This document shows positions 1 through 10,872 of a stretch of 45,768 nucleotides of DNA, one piece after another. Made by a program: the position numbers and the translations under genes. The notes below the pieces were generated by a model. The model saw nothing but the letters and a program-made list of their open reading frames with translations. It was not told the origin of the DNA and made no database searches. How positions within the stretch are numbered: position 1 is the stretch's first letter; each line of letters opens with the position of its first letter. This stretch comes from an uncultured Muribaculaceae bacterium (GTDB lineage Bacteria > Bacillota_I > Bacilli_A > RF39 > UBA660), in assembly GCA_964551965.1 (NCBI GenBank), contig CAZKFB010000005.1, positions 1 through 45,768 on the forward strand, in the 5' to 3' direction.

Positions 1-404
1 TATTCATTAGATTTGATTCTTTCTCTTAATTGTCTAACAGACAAACTTAGATTATCTATAGTATGAACATAATAATTGATAATATTTATATCACTAAGAG
101 GGATCAATTCAGAATAATGACTCCATGTTAATTGGTGCGACAATGTTGCACCTTTTTCTATTAAACAATAGAACTGCCTAAAGCGTTTTAAATTTGAAAC
201 TGAAAATCCTTTTCCCAACTCACTAGTTAATTTAATCGAATACTCTTTAATTATCTTCTCACCATAATGTTTGCCAGCTTCTGCTAGCATTTTACCAACA
301 TTATAATATGTGTTTAAGTCACTTTTATTTATCGAATAGTTTTTGACTTTTTTATTTATCTCATTATTCATTAGTTCTTTTTTGATTTCATTATAATAAT
401 TCAT
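1..404 (-). CDS. DUF1016/YhcG-family protein, N-terminal part (runs off window edge)
   Basis: Not in ORF track. ATG at 404, just after the comEC stop (418); open to the edge: MNYYNEIKKEL...YYNVGKML...YGEKIIKEYSIKLTSELGKGFSVSNLKRFRQFY...LTWSHYSEL...SVRQLRERIKS, typical YhcG N-terminal motifs. Confidence 0.85.
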   Translation of the reverse strand, partial: MNYYNEIKKELMNNEINKKVKNYSINKSDLNTYYNVGKMLAEAGKHYGEKIIKEYSIKLTSELGKGFSVSNLKRFRQFYCLIEKGATLSHQLTWSHYSELIPLSDINIINYYVHTIDNLSLSVRQLRERIKSNE

Positions 405-417
405 ATTTTGCTTCTTT

Positions 418-2478
418 CTATGGAGAATAAGTATTTATTTTATATTTTGTTTTATTTAGTTTTACTTCAATTGTTCCATCTACATCGGTTCTATATATCT
501 TACTATTATCTAGAGTATTCAATACTGATTCATTTGGATGACCATATCTATTATTTTCTCCAACGGAAATAACACTATATTTAGGAGTAATAGTTTCAAT
601 AAATTTTTGACTTGAGGAAGTATCAGATCCATGGTGACCAACTTTTAGAAAATCAACACTACCTATATTATATTGATTTATTATATCTTTTTCCCTTTTC
701 TCACCAGCATCACCCATAAAGAGAAACTTAAATCTATTATGTTTAAAATAAATAACATTCGAAGCATTATTTTCATCATTATAAATACCTGTATTCAAGA
801 ATTCTAATCTTATATTGTTTACTTTTATTTTCTCTAGGCCTTTATAGTACTTTATTTTTTTATCATTCAATATAATAATTAAGTCCTTTTCCAAATCATT
901 GAGTTCATTATTATTAAATATAATTTTTCTAACTTTATAATTATTTATCAAATGCTTTGCTTCTCCCATATGATCATAGTCTCCATGAGTTAAAATTAAA
1001 TAATCTAAACGACTTATACCAATACTTTTTAAGAAAGTTATAGAGTTATCAGTAAGGTAATATTTTTTCCGCATTTTCCATTCTTCTTGTTTAAATGATG
1101 TTATACCTCCAGTATCAATCATGACTGCTTTATCCCTATATTTAATAATAGTAGAGTCTCCTTGCTTTACATCAAGATAATAAACATAGAGATTATCATC
1201 TAATATTACTAATAGTTTAATTAGTAATATTAATAGAACCAAAGATATTAAATATATTTTTCGGTAACTACTGAAGAATAAAAACAACAATATATAATAT
1301 AGGATAATAATTACTATATTTAGTTTAGGAACAACAATATTACATACTGGTAAGTAAAGAGATACATTTTCTAATATATTAGTTATGGTATAAAGTATGT
1401 TGTCTAAAGGTTTAATAATTATAGTTAATAAACTTAATGGATAAATTATAAAACTTATTAATGGCACAAAAAATAAATTGTTGATAATTGATAAGATATT
1501 AACTTCAAAATTATTATTGATAGTTATAGGTAAACTAAATAAGAAAGCAATTAAAGAGATCTTTAGACACTTCATAATATAATTGCCTTTTATAAGATGA
1601 CTATATCTTATTAGCGAAAAAGATATGATAGAAGAATATAAAAATCCAATATTATATATCATATTAGGAAGTCTTAATAGTATTAAAATAATTGTTAGAT
1701 ATAAACATTGCAAAGTTGTCATATTAAAGTCAAATCTTTTATTTAAATAAAGCATTATAAAAAGAATTGTACTTCTTAAAACACTTGCTTGATAGTCTGT
1801 TATAAACATATATACTATTAAAAAAGATATAACGATAATATATCTTTTTCTTTCCTTTATCTTAGATAATAACTTAAATAAAATTAAAGTTAACATAGAA
1901 ATATGCATTCCGGATATAGCAAAGATATGAGAAACTCCTAAACTTTGATATTGTTCATATACTCCATCCGCCAAATAATCTTTACTACCTATCATAAAAG
2001 TAGATAAATAATTTTTGCTCTTAAATTGCTTTATATAATTAATGAATGAATTCTTTAACTTATATAATATATTAGTTTTTTTATTTATTATCTTATATTT
2101 GTCAGCTAAGATTACATAATCAATTAGGGAATTTTTTAGATACTTTTTATAATTGAAAGTATTGGGTATCGTATTATTTGTAAGTTCTTGTTTAGAACCT
2201 TTTATCTGTATCTTTATTCCTAAATCTAAATTATCTAAGAACTCTAATTCTTTTTCATCTTTTATATAATAGTCAACTCTAACTTTATATTTTCCTTTAA
2301 TAATCATTGTTAATTTATTTCCATCTATTTTCTTAGATGTAACTATTCCTGTAAATTCATTAAAATCTTTTTCATTGATAGTTACAAATTGCATTCGGAA
2401 AAAAGATAATATAATAACAAATAATAGAGATATAATTAAGAAGTATTTAGACTGTAATAGAATCTTTAATTGATTCAT
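418..2478 (-). CDS. comEC: DNA uptake channel ComEC/Rec2
   Basis: Competence domain HIFAISGMH, many TM helices, C-terminal metallo-beta-lactamase (DVKQGDS, LTHGDYDH, KVGHHGS, NRYGHP); start moved to the ATG after a GGAG RBS. Confidence 0.95.
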   Translation of the reverse strand: MNQLKILLQSKYFLIISLLFVIILSFFRMQFVTINEKDFNEFTGIVTSKKIDGNKLTMIIKGKYKVRVDYYIKDEKELEFLDNLDLGIKIQIKGSKQELTNNTIPNTFNYKKYLKNSLIDYVILADKYKIINKKTNILYKLKNSFINYIKQFKSKNYLSTFMIGSKDYLADGVYEQYQSLGVSHIFAISGMHISMLTLILFKLLSKIKERKRYIIVISFLIVYMFITDYQASVLRSTILFIMLYLNKRFDFNMTTLQCLYLTIILILLRLPNMIYNIGFLYSSIISFSLIRYSHLIKGNYIMKCLKISLIAFLFSLPITINNNFEVNILSIINNLFFVPLISFIIYPLSLLTIIIKPLDNILYTITNILENVSLYLPVCNIVVPKLNIVIIILYYILLFLFFSSYRKIYLISLVLLILLIKLLVILDDNLYVYYLDVKQGDSTIIKYRDKAVMIDTGGITSFKQEEWKMRKKYYLTDNSITFLKSIGISRLDYLILTHGDYDHMGEAKHLINNYKVRKIIFNNNELNDLEKDLIIILNDKKIKYYKGLEKIKVNNIRLEFLNTGIYNDENNASNVIYFKHNRFKFLFMGDAGEKREKDIINQYNIGSVDFLKVGHHGSDTSSSQKFIETITPKYSVISVGENNRYGHPNESVLNTLDNSKIYRTDVDGTIEVKLNKTKYKINTYSP

Positions 2479-3112
2479 ATAATGAATCTCCAATACCACT
2501 TACATTCTTTAAATCTTCAATTGCCTTAAATGGATTTGTCTTACGGTATTCAATTATTGATTTAGCTTTCGAATCTCCGATTCCAGATAAACTAGTTAGT
2601 TCTTCTTTTGTTGCCGTATTAATATTTACTTTCTTATTAATCACACTAGTAGTTGGTTCTTCTTTTTTCGTTTCATTGGTTGTGATAATTGGACAGTTAT
2701 TTACTTCAATAACTTCAGTAGTACAAGGCACTTCATTTCTAGCTGTCGTCGTTATTTCACTTTTCTTAAATACATAGATAACCATTTCATCAGTCACTTT
2801 TTTTGATAGATTTATATTTGATAGAGTTCCCGATGAAGTTATACCTCCCGCCAGTTTAATACAATCATTAACTATGGCATTTTCTTTCACTTCATATACT
2901 CCCGGTTTTTTTACAGACCCTTTAACATCAACATAAATACTCTTCATACTTTTTTCAGTTGCTGTTGCAGTAACTTTTAATTCCTCATCATAATCAATAG
3001 CTTCTACTTTCTCTTTATTAGCTCCAATTAAAATAATACTGAATAGGCAAATAGATATTACCAATGATGACAAAAGTATTAGAACTGATTTTTTGTTAAT
3101 TAATTGGTTCAT
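2447..3112 (-). CDS. comEA: Competence DNA receptor ComEA
   Basis: N-terminal TM, SLBB domain (VDVKGSVKKPGVY), C-terminal HhH (VNINTAT..L..LSGIG..KA..II.YR); GGAGG RBS. Confidence 0.95.
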   Translation of the reverse strand: MNQLINKKSVLILLSSLVISICLFSIILIGANKEKVEAIDYDEELKVTATATEKSMKSIYVDVKGSVKKPGVYEVKENAIVNDCIKLAGGITSSGTLSNINLSKKVTDEMVIYVFKKSEITTTARNEVPCTTEVIEVNNCPIITTNETKKEEPTTSVINKKVNINTATKEELTSLSGIGDSKAKSIIEYRKTNPFKAIEDLKNVSGIGDSLYESIKDSITV

Positions 3113-3162
3113 TTATCCTCCCTTCTAACTTATTTATTACCGAAATTTTTTTATTTTACTTC

Positions 3163-3191
3163 AAAAAAAAAGAAAGTTTTTCAACTTTCTT
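3163..3191 (-). terminator. Intrinsic terminator after M16 peptidase operon
   Basis: AGAAAGTT/AACTTTCT stem followed by a U-tract on the minus strand. Confidence 0.75.
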
Positions 3192-4472
3192 CTATTTTTT
3201 AGTTAAAATAAGAACTGACATAGGTGATTTAGCTATAATCTTACTTGCCTTTTTCATCTTAGTTAAATCTAAAGATTTATAGATATCATAGTAATTTGGA
3301 ACTACATGGCCAAATTCAACTATATTATCAACTATCATTTCATTCATAACTTCAATATTATCGAGAGAAAATATTAAACTTGAAATAGCTACTCTACTCT
3401 TTCTTGTAAGTTCATTTTCTATATCATTTAGATTCTTTATCTTATCTTTTATTATTGATATGTATCTTTCTGGATAAGGAGTTTCAGAAATAATATTGAT
3501 AACTAAATAATCATCAGTAGTAAACGAATCATAGAATATTCCATTAGTTATGATATTACTACTTACTAATTTCTCTCTTAGTTCACTAGATCTACCAAAA
3601 GAAGCATTAAGAATCATACTAACATATACATTTCTCTCTTCTTCAGATAATTTTAAATTATTTAATTCTTCTAATGGAACTTTTATTCCAATACTAACTT
3701 TATCAATCTCAACATTACATTTTACTATTTCTTTTTCTTTTACAACTGATGCTTTTTCTTTTTTCTTCTTAATATCGATTTTAAATGGTTTTTCAAACTT
3801 TTTACTTATTTGATTTTCTGATATTATTGCCAATGCTTCATCGGGATTAAAATTTCCTGTAATTACAACAAACATATTTGATGGATGATAGAAAGTGTTA
3901 TAGGAAGCTAATATATCTTCAAGCTTTGTACTTTTAACATCGTTTACTTCTCCGGTTACCATATTTCTTACATTATCTATATGAAACATGTTTTGAAGAA
4001 GTCCAAAAAAAGCAATCGTGTCTGGCATATCTTTATACATTTTTACTTCTTCACATATTATACCTTTTTCATCTTTAATATTCTTTTCTGTATAATATGG
4101 ATTTTGAACAAAGTCTAATAATAGGTTTAAATTTTCTTTAAACTTATTATAGCTAAATACATTGTAATTAGTTACTTTAAAACTTGTATAGGCATTACTA
4201 TAAGAACCAAGAGAAGAAAACATATCGGATGCATCGCATCCATCCATATAGAAAGTAGTATGTTCTAGAAAATGTGCTACTCCTGAAGGTATGTGGTAAT
4301 ATTTCTTATCAGTTGATCTTTTAAAATCATTATAAAGAGAACCATATTTTGTACAAAAAGAGATATAAAAATTATTAACATTCTTATTTGGTAATAAATA
4401 TATTTCTAAGCCGTTTGGAAGACTTTCATAAATAATTGTTTCATTTAAATGTGATAACTCTATCTTATTCAT
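3192..4472 (-). CDS. M16 zinc peptidase, catalytic subunit (YmfH-like)
   Basis: Inverted zincin motif GVAHFLEH, NAYTS, EKGII.EE, FYHPSNM. Confidence 0.9.
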   Translation of the reverse strand: MNKIELSHLNETIIYESLPNGLEIYLLPNKNVNNFYISFCTKYGSLYNDFKRSTDKKYYHIPSGVAHFLEHTTFYMDGCDASDMFSSLGSYSNAYTSFKVTNYNVFSYNKFKENLNLLLDFVQNPYYTEKNIKDEKGIICEEVKMYKDMPDTIAFFGLLQNMFHIDNVRNMVTGEVNDVKSTKLEDILASYNTFYHPSNMFVVITGNFNPDEALAIISENQISKKFEKPFKIDIKKKKEKASVVKEKEIVKCNVEIDKVSIGIKVPLEELNNLKLSEEERNVYVSMILNASFGRSSELREKLVSSNIITNGIFYDSFTTDDYLVINIISETPYPERYISIIKDKIKNLNDIENELTRKSRVAISSLIFSLDNIEVMNEMIVDNIVEFGHVVPNYYDIYKSLDLTKMKKASKIIAKSPMSVLILTKK

Positions 4473-5727
4473 TTTGATCTCCTTCCAAAACATATATCGT
4501 ATTTATCTTTATTTTCTTTGCCATATTAATTACATCTTCTTTTGTAACTTTAGAATATTCTTCTAATCTTTTATCTACTAAATCTAAATCAGCTATTTCA
4601 TTAAAGAAGTAATTTGATATTATTTGATGTTCTGAATCTAAAGAGACTTTAATAGCATTCACGATTGCCTGTCTAGCTTTGTCTACTTCTTCTTCCGTAA
4701 TACTAGTCCTCATACTCTTTATTGAATCCTCAATTAACCTTTTAGAAAGTTTAATATTATCCTTATCAATTGAAGTTGAAATCATCATAAGTCTATCATA
4801 TTTACTATACTTACTTGAAACAGAATAACAAAGTGAATTATCGTTTCGCAAGTTCTTATATAATTTAGAGTCTAGAGAATTCCCACCTAATATATGGTTA
4901 AAAATATGAGATACATAAGAAGTTTCAAAATCAGTTAAACCAATAAGATTCATTATATATATTAATTGAGATTGAGTTAAATCTTCTTTTGCCTCCACTT
5001 TGTTTACTCTACTTCTAACTTTATTATCGACATATAAAAATACTTCATGATGTTTAATCGTGTTGAAATGTTGATACTTATTAACAATATCAATTATTTT
5101 ATTGGAATCAATATCTCCTATAACGTATATATCAATATAATCATGTTCTAAGATATTCATATATTCATCAAAGATATTTGATTTATTTACTCGATTAATA
5201 GATTCTTTATCACCTAGTATATTAATACTTGATACGGACTTACAATCCATAGCTTTTAATGATTCTGCAATAGCATATTTACTAGGTTCTTCTTTTAGTG
5301 CTTCCAATTCAGCTAAAGAACGAATTCTAATAGTTTCTAATCTCTCTTCATTGAATTCGTTTTCATTTATGTCGGGATTAAAAATAATATCAAATGGTAA
5401 TTTTAAAGCTTCATCTAAATCTAAATCATCAGTATATTTAGGATCTAATATTTCATAGTTAATTACGCTTACAACCTCATTACCTACTTTCATTGTTTCT
5501 GCATAGATATTAGCATTATAAAGTTCTTCGCATTTTAATATTAAATCTCTTTTAGTTTTGTAATACTCACTACTTTCTAAAAGTAATTCGAAAAGCATAG
5601 TTCTTTTAACGATATTTTCTGGATCAATATTATTTCTAAACATGATCTCCATTCTTATTGTTTTAAATCTATCTGTTTTAATCGTATGAAGATTGAATGA
5701 TCCCATCTTGTAGCTATTATAAACCAT
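4465..5727 (-). CDS. M16 peptidase non-catalytic partner (YmfF-like)
   Basis: KTDRFKT N-terminus, SKLYKNLR...LCYSV C-terminal motif, no HxxEH; overlaps partner gene by 8 nt. Confidence 0.85.
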   Translation of the reverse strand: MVYNSYKMGSFNLHTIKTDRFKTIRMEIMFRNNIDPENIVKRTMLFELLLESSEYYKTKRDLILKCEELYNANIYAETMKVGNEVVSVINYEILDPKYTDDLDLDEALKLPFDIIFNPDINENEFNEERLETIRIRSLAELEALKEEPSKYAIAESLKAMDCKSVSSINILGDKESINRVNKSNIFDEYMNILEHDYIDIYVIGDIDSNKIIDIVNKYQHFNTIKHHEVFLYVDNKVRSRVNKVEAKEDLTQSQLIYIMNLIGLTDFETSYVSHIFNHILGGNSLDSKLYKNLRNDNSLCYSVSSKYSKYDRLMMISTSIDKDNIKLSKRLIEDSIKSMRTSITEEEVDKARQAIVNAIKVSLDSEHQIISNYFFNEIADLDLVDKRLEEYSKVTKEDVINMAKKIKINTIYVLEGDQNE

Positions 5728-5817
5728 ATTGACACCTCTCATTTTATTATGCGTAAAATAAATTTTTTTATAATGTTATTATAACATACATATGCTATTA
5801 TTATAATAGGTGATGAT

Positions 5818-6540
5818 ATGGAACCAGTACATATAGTGGCTGAAAAAGATAGTATTGCTCCAATAGTTTTGCTACCCGGCGATCCTTTAAGAGCAAAGTA
5901 TATTGCAGAAAATTTTTTAGAAGATGCAGTACTCGTTAATAGTGTTCGTAATATGCTTGGATTTACAGGATATTATAAAGGTGTAAGAGTAACAGTAATG
6001 GGTTCTGGTATGGGAGTTGCTTCTGTTGGAATCTATGCTTATGAGTTATATCATTTCTATAATGTAGAAAAGATTATTAGAATAGGTTCTAGTGGATCTT
6101 TAAATCCAAATGCTAAGATATTAGATGTTGTATTATCGACAGGATCTTATTCAGAGTCAAGTTTTGAAAATACTCTAATAAAATGTGAAGATAGTTTTAT
6201 TGAATCTTCAAATGAATTAAATAAAGTTATATTAGACACGGCAAAAGAATTAAACATTACTAATTTAAAATATGGTCCAACATATACTAGTGATGTATTT
6301 GATGTTTACTGTGATATAACACCTTTAATTGAGAGATGTCCAATTAAAGATGATCTAATGTGTGTTGAAATGGAAGGATTTGGACTTATGCATATAGCAG
6401 CTTATTGTAAGAAACAAGCTTCTATGTTAGCAACAATAGTTGATTCTAAATATGAACCCGATGTAATTGTAAGTCCGGAAGATCGAGAAACTTCATTGAA
6501 TACGATGATAACTTTAGCACTAGAATCAATCATTAAGTAG
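5818..6540 (+). CDS. deoD: Purine nucleoside phosphorylase DeoD-type
   Basis: LLPGDPLRAKYIAE, RNMLGFTG, GSGMG, IIRIGS, VEME motifs. Confidence 0.93.
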   Translation: MEPVHIVAEKDSIAPIVLLPGDPLRAKYIAENFLEDAVLVNSVRNMLGFTGYYKGVRVTVMGSGMGVASVGIYAYELYHFYNVEKIIRIGSSGSLNPNAKILDVVLSTGSYSESSFENTLIKCEDSFIESSNELNKVILDTAKELNITNLKYGPTYTSDVFDVYCDITPLIERCPIKDDLMCVEMEGFGLMHIAAYCKKQASMLATIVDSKYEPDVIVSPEDRETSLNTMITLALESIIK

Positions 6541-6559
6541 GGAGTTCCCTACTTTTTTT
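6535..6559 (+). terminator. Intrinsic terminator of deoD
   Basis: AAGTAGGGA-GT-TCCCTACTT followed by a T-tract. Confidence 0.85.
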
Positions 6560-6618
6560 ATTTGTTGTATTTCTAATAAATTATATAGTATAATGATTTT
6601 GAAAAAGAAAGTGATGAG

Positions 6619-8634
6619 ATGGATAAATTTAAAGAAGTTTTTTATAAAATAATGATTATATTTTCGATAATAGTTTCTATTGTAGCTACTGTTGCTGCTT
6701 TAGGAAATTTTTATCAAACGACAGGAGAAGTATTGAACCCAATAATAATAATTATGGGTGTTATTGTGGGATTTTATTTCTTTATCAAATTATTTAAAAA
6801 ATTAGATAATGTAAGTGATAAAAAATTAAATAGATTAGCTAAAGTACTATCGTTAGTATTCTTTATTACTTTAGCCATATTTGGTGTTAGACACTTAATA
6901 ATTCCAACTTATGATCTTAGTCATGTTGAAAGAGAACTTAATTTTATGATGGAAAATGGTCCAATTATAACTAATGTTGGTTATTTTGGAAAGTATACTA
7001 ATCAAGTACCATTAACAGTTTTCCTATATTATATATATTATATTGGAAATCTATTATCTATTGGAAATTTAAGAATATTTGCAACATTAATTAATTCTTT
7101 ATTTATAAGTATAAGTGCTTATTTTACTTATCTATCTATTAAAGAAATTAAACCTAGTAAATATGGTATTATTGGTTTATTATTCTTTATCTTAAATCCA
7201 ATATTCTATATGTACGCATCTTATTATTATACAGATACTTTATGTTTACCTTTTGCATCTATTGCAATATATCTTCTATTGAAGCTCTATAAAACTAATA
7301 AGAAATCATCTATTTGTTTACTGGCAATTACGGGCTTTATTATAGCTTTAGGTATGCAGATAAGATTAGTTGTTGTATTTGTATTAATTGCTGCTATTGT
7401 AGCTAGTTTCTTAAATAATAAAGGTATTAAACAAACATTAAAGTATTCTCTTTGTTTACTTGTAGGTTTTATTTTAGGTCTCGTAAACTATTCCCTTATT
7501 GAATCCAATTTTGAAATTCCAAAAGATGATACGAGAGCTTTCCCAATTACTCATTGGGTGATGATGGGACTTAATGGTGATACTGGTGGAAGATATAATC
7601 AAGTGGACCATGATTATACGAAATCTTTTAGTACTAAGGAAGAAAAGACAAGTGCTAATATTAAAGTAATAAAAACTCGAATTAAGGAATTAGGACCTAT
7701 CGGATTAATAAAATTATGGGGGCAAAAAATTGCACTTGCATGGTCTAATGGAGCTTATCGATATCCGGATAAGATACGAATTGTCGAGAAAATTAGAGCA
7801 GACTTTGAGTATATATGTGGATGTAATATGATATTTATCCTATATTACTTACAGATATTTAAATCAATGATTATGGTTGTTCTAACTTATATGTTATTTA
7901 GAGAATTAAAAAAAGAAAATAGAATCTCTAATTTAAAATTTATATATGTTGCTATCTTCGGAGCATTCCTATTCTATAGCATTTGGGAAGTTCAAGCAAG
8001 ATATAGTCTAAGTTTCCTTCCTTGGTTTATTATTCTCTTCCCTTTAGGAATAGATAATATAAGTAAGATTAAATTAAAAGATAGATTATTAAAGATAATG
8101 AAATACTTTCCATACTTTATATTTGCTTTATCTATAGGTTTATTGATATTTAATTATCCTAAATATGTAGTAGATAAAAATAAATATGTCGATACAAGAG
8201 TTTATCAAGTTAAAAATAGATCAGAAAAATATAGGGATTTAAATAATGATAAACTATATCAATCATTTATTGCATATGATGACTTCAATTCCGTATCTAT
8301 TAATTTTATAGTAGATGACGATGATGACAATATTAATTATCAATTTAGATTGCTAGATGAAGATTATAATGAAGTTGAAACAATCATATTTAAAAAAGAT
8401 GAAGTAAAGAATAATAAATTTAAAATATTTAGATTTGATACAATAAAAGTTAATAAAGAAGCTCTTTACTATATTAATATTATACCTTTAGAAGAAGCTA
8501 ATAATACGATTGGTATTAATTCATTTACATATGAACCTTATAACATATATCCGGATGGAAACTTATATGTTAATGGAAAAAAGACTAATGGGTCTTTCAG
8601 TTTCAAAGTTGAACTTAGAAGTAAAAGAAGTTAA
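6619..8634 (+). CDS. Polytopic GT-C (PMT_2/family 39-like) membrane glycosyltransferase, possibly truncated by a premature TAA
   Basis: Many TM helices, YYYTDTL, THWVMMGLN, WEVQARY motifs, C-terminal soluble domain; frame stays open to 8727. Confidence 0.7.
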   Translation: MDKFKEVFYKIMIIFSIIVSIVATVAALGNFYQTTGEVLNPIIIIMGVIVGFYFFIKLFKKLDNVSDKKLNRLAKVLSLVFFITLAIFGVRHLIIPTYDLSHVERELNFMMENGPIITNVGYFGKYTNQVPLTVFLYYIYYIGNLLSIGNLRIFATLINSLFISISAYFTYLSIKEIKPSKYGIIGLLFFILNPIFYMYASYYYTDTLCLPFASIAIYLLLKLYKTNKKSSICLLAITGFIIALGMQIRLVVVFVLIAAIVASFLNNKGIKQTLKYSLCLLVGFILGLVNYSLIESNFEIPKDDTRAFPITHWVMMGLNGDTGGRYNQVDHDYTKSFSTKEEKTSANIKVIKTRIKELGPIGLIKLWGQKIALAWSNGAYRYPDKIRIVEKIRADFEYICGCNMIFILYYLQIFKSMIMVVLTYMLFRELKKENRISNLKFIYVAIFGAFLFYSIWEVQARYSLSFLPWFIILFPLGIDNISKIKLKDRLLKIMKYFPYFIFALSIGLLIFNYPKYVVDKNKYVDTRVYQVKNRSEKYRDLNNDKLYQSFIAYDDFNSVSINFIVDDDDDNINYQFRLLDEDYNEVETIIFKKDEVKNNKFKIFRFDTIKVNKEALYYINIIPLEEANNTIGINSFTYEPYNIYPDGNLYVNGKKTNGSFSFKVELRSKRS

Positions 8635-8716
8635 ACTACTCCAACAGTTTATATAACAATTAGTGTAATTATTATTGCTATTGAGGCATTTGCATTATTA
8701 CCAATAAAAAGAAAAG

Positions 8717-8741
8717 AAACTCTCTAAGAGAGAGTTTTTTT
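8717..8741 (+). terminator. Intrinsic terminator (likely bidirectional)
   Basis: AAACTCTCT-AAG-AGAGAGTTT followed by a T-tract. Confidence 0.8.
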
Positions 8742-8784
8742 ATGTATCAAAATATATCACATTTCTATGACTGAGTTGTTAATT

Positions 8785-9300
8785 CTATCTAGATATTATC
8801 ATATGAACATCTTCTTTAGTTTTACCTATTCCATCTTTTGTAAAACCAACTTTTTCGTAACAATGAATTGCTCTTGGATTAGTTGCATAAACATTTAATT
8901 CCATTCCATCTAGATTTAATTCCTCGTAAGCATATTTTATTAAAGCCTTAATTGATTCAGTACCATAATGCTTATCTTGTTTCGAAGCAGTAATAGATAT
9001 TCCTAATTCTCCAATGTTGTCTTTAATTTCCATTATTTCTATGTTTCCAATATATTCTCCGGTAGTTTTTTCTATCATAGAGAAGCATATAGCATTTTCT
9101 TCTAATTTTGATTTTACCCATTCTAATTCTTGTTCATAAGTATATGTACGAATTTTATGACTAATTTTATTAGCTACATTAGGATCATTTACCATTGCCA
9201 AATAATCATTTACTAGCTTTTCATCTAATTTTACATAATAAATATTATCTGATTCAAAAACTATTTCATATCTTTCATTTACAAGATTTGTTTCTTTCAT
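8785..9300 (-). CDS. GNAT N-acetyltransferase (RimJ/RimL type)
   Basis: QDKHYGTE acetyl-CoA loop, VYATNPRAIHCYEKVGF. Confidence 0.88.
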   Translation of the reverse strand: MKETNLVNERYEIVFESDNIYYVKLDEKLVNDYLAMVNDPNVANKISHKIRTYTYEQELEWVKSKLEENAICFSMIEKTTGEYIGNIEIMEIKDNIGELGISITASKQDKHYGTESIKALIKYAYEELNLDGMELNVYATNPRAIHCYEKVGFTKDGIGKTKEDVHMIISR

Positions 9301-9389
9301 AATATATTCCTCCTAGCATTTATTATATCATAATTTTGAAAAGATAATTATTTGCTCTAAAATAAAGTTTTAGTATAAGAAATATCAGA

Positions 9390-10310
9390 CTATTCTCCAA
9401 CGATTTCTAAAACTAGTTTAGAATCTTTATCATCTAAAACTATTTCTTTATTATCTTTCGTTATATGAACAAGATTATCCATTACTTCTATTTCATATAA
9501 ATCGGTATTAATAGATATAATATATGATGACTCTTCTGAGCAATCTTCGGAATCAAAATGATAAGAATTAATAATATTACTAATTATATCAAATTTTTCT
9601 TTAGAAAAGTCTGTATACTCAAGATATTTATTCTTAATTACAAGATAATAATCATTAGTAACATCAGCATTATCTTCTAAAGATATTTTCTCACCTAAGA
9701 ACATTGATTTAGGTTTAATTATTGTTTTTAAGAAATCTTTGCATCGAGCAACTACTTCTCTTATATCACGCATTTCTTGTCCATCATAAACCTTTTTTGT
9801 AGCATCTATTCCATAAGCTTCAATTCCTAAAGACTTAGCAATATAAAGAGCACGATAAAGATGATATCCTTGAGTAACTATAATCATTTTATCTACTCCA
9901 AATATTTTCTTTGCACGATAAATACTATCATAAGTTGAAACTCCAGCATGATCCATAAAAATATTTGAAGATGAAATATCCGTATTATCAATTGTATACT
10001 TCTTCATAACGTTTACTTCATCATGATTATTGCGCGTATGATCACCAGACATAATTATTTTATCAGTAATATTCAAATCATAAACATCAATTCCAGTATC
10101 TAATCGTTCTTTTAGCATTAAACTAGGTTTATTATTTTTATCAATACCTGCTCCAAGAATCAATATACAATCAACATCATTTAACTTACTCATTTCTTCT
10201 AATGAGAGAATCCTATTTTTAGTACTACCAATTACAACTATTTGAATTGCTAGAATACAAGATATTCCAAATAGTATAAAACTAAATAATATTTTAAATA
10301 TTTTTTTCAT
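9390..10310 (-). CDS. SanA/YdcF (DUF218) family protein with C-terminal extension
   Basis: N-terminal TM, ILILGAG, MSGD, DHAGVSTYDS, VTQGYHLYRALY. Confidence 0.88.
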   Translation of the reverse strand: MKKIFKILFSFILFGISCILAIQIVVIGSTKNRILSLEEMSKLNDVDCILILGAGIDKNNKPSLMLKERLDTGIDVYDLNITDKIIMSGDHTRNNHDEVNVMKKYTIDNTDISSSNIFMDHAGVSTYDSIYRAKKIFGVDKMIIVTQGYHLYRALYIAKSLGIEAYGIDATKKVYDGQEMRDIREVVARCKDFLKTIIKPKSMFLGEKISLEDNADVTNDYYLVIKNKYLEYTDFSKEKFDIISNIINSYHFDSEDCSEESSYIISINTDLYEIEVMDNLVHITKDNKEIVLDDKDSKLVLEIVGE

Positions 10311-10320
10311 AAACATCTTC

Positions 10321-10812
10321 CTATAAATCAAACATATATAAATTTTCTAAATATTCATCACGAAATAGACGACTAGCAATATAATGGCCACCAATATGTT
10401 GATAAAATTCGTTAGACTTATTTCCATCCAGGCAACCAATTAATACTTTATTAATATCTCTATTCTTAATTACAGCAAAAGCAAAATCTAACAGCTTCTT
10501 TCCATAACCTTTTCCTTGATAAGGATCCATTACATATAGAGAATGAACTTCCGCCGTATTTTCATAATTATTCGTATCTAAAGTAAAATATACCCAACCA
10601 ATTATTTTATTATCACAAATTAAACAATAATATTCTTCATTAGCATTTACTTTTTCTTTAAGTTTTTCTGAAGAATAAGGAACACTCTCATATAAACCAC
10701 TTAAAAAATCATCATTGACGATTCCCTTATAAGTTGAATTCCACACTGTTGCTATGTTGTTTGCAAGTTCTAAAGTATCATCTATTCTTAATTTTCTAAT
10801 CATAGTTTCCAT
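10321..10812 (-). CDS. GNAT N-acetyltransferase
   Basis: LYVMDPYQGKGYGKKL, N..FYQHIGG. Confidence 0.88.
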   Translation of the reverse strand: METMIRKLRIDDTLELANNIATVWNSTYKGIVNDDFLSGLYESVPYSSEKLKEKVNANEEYYCLICDNKIIGWVYFTLDTNNYENTAEVHSLYVMDPYQGKGYGKKLLDFAFAVIKNRDINKVLIGCLDGNKSNEFYQHIGGHYIASRLFRDEYLENLYMFDL

Positions 10813-10872
10813 ATATTTCACCTGTTTCTCGTAGTTTAATTATACCATACTCCTACTTACTAAACATCAACA

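Noticed and set aside
150-200. Arg codon (AGG) reassignment known from some uncultured Bacilli
   Set aside because: AGG falls at the conserved Arg of the YhcG RQFY motif, consistent with the standard code
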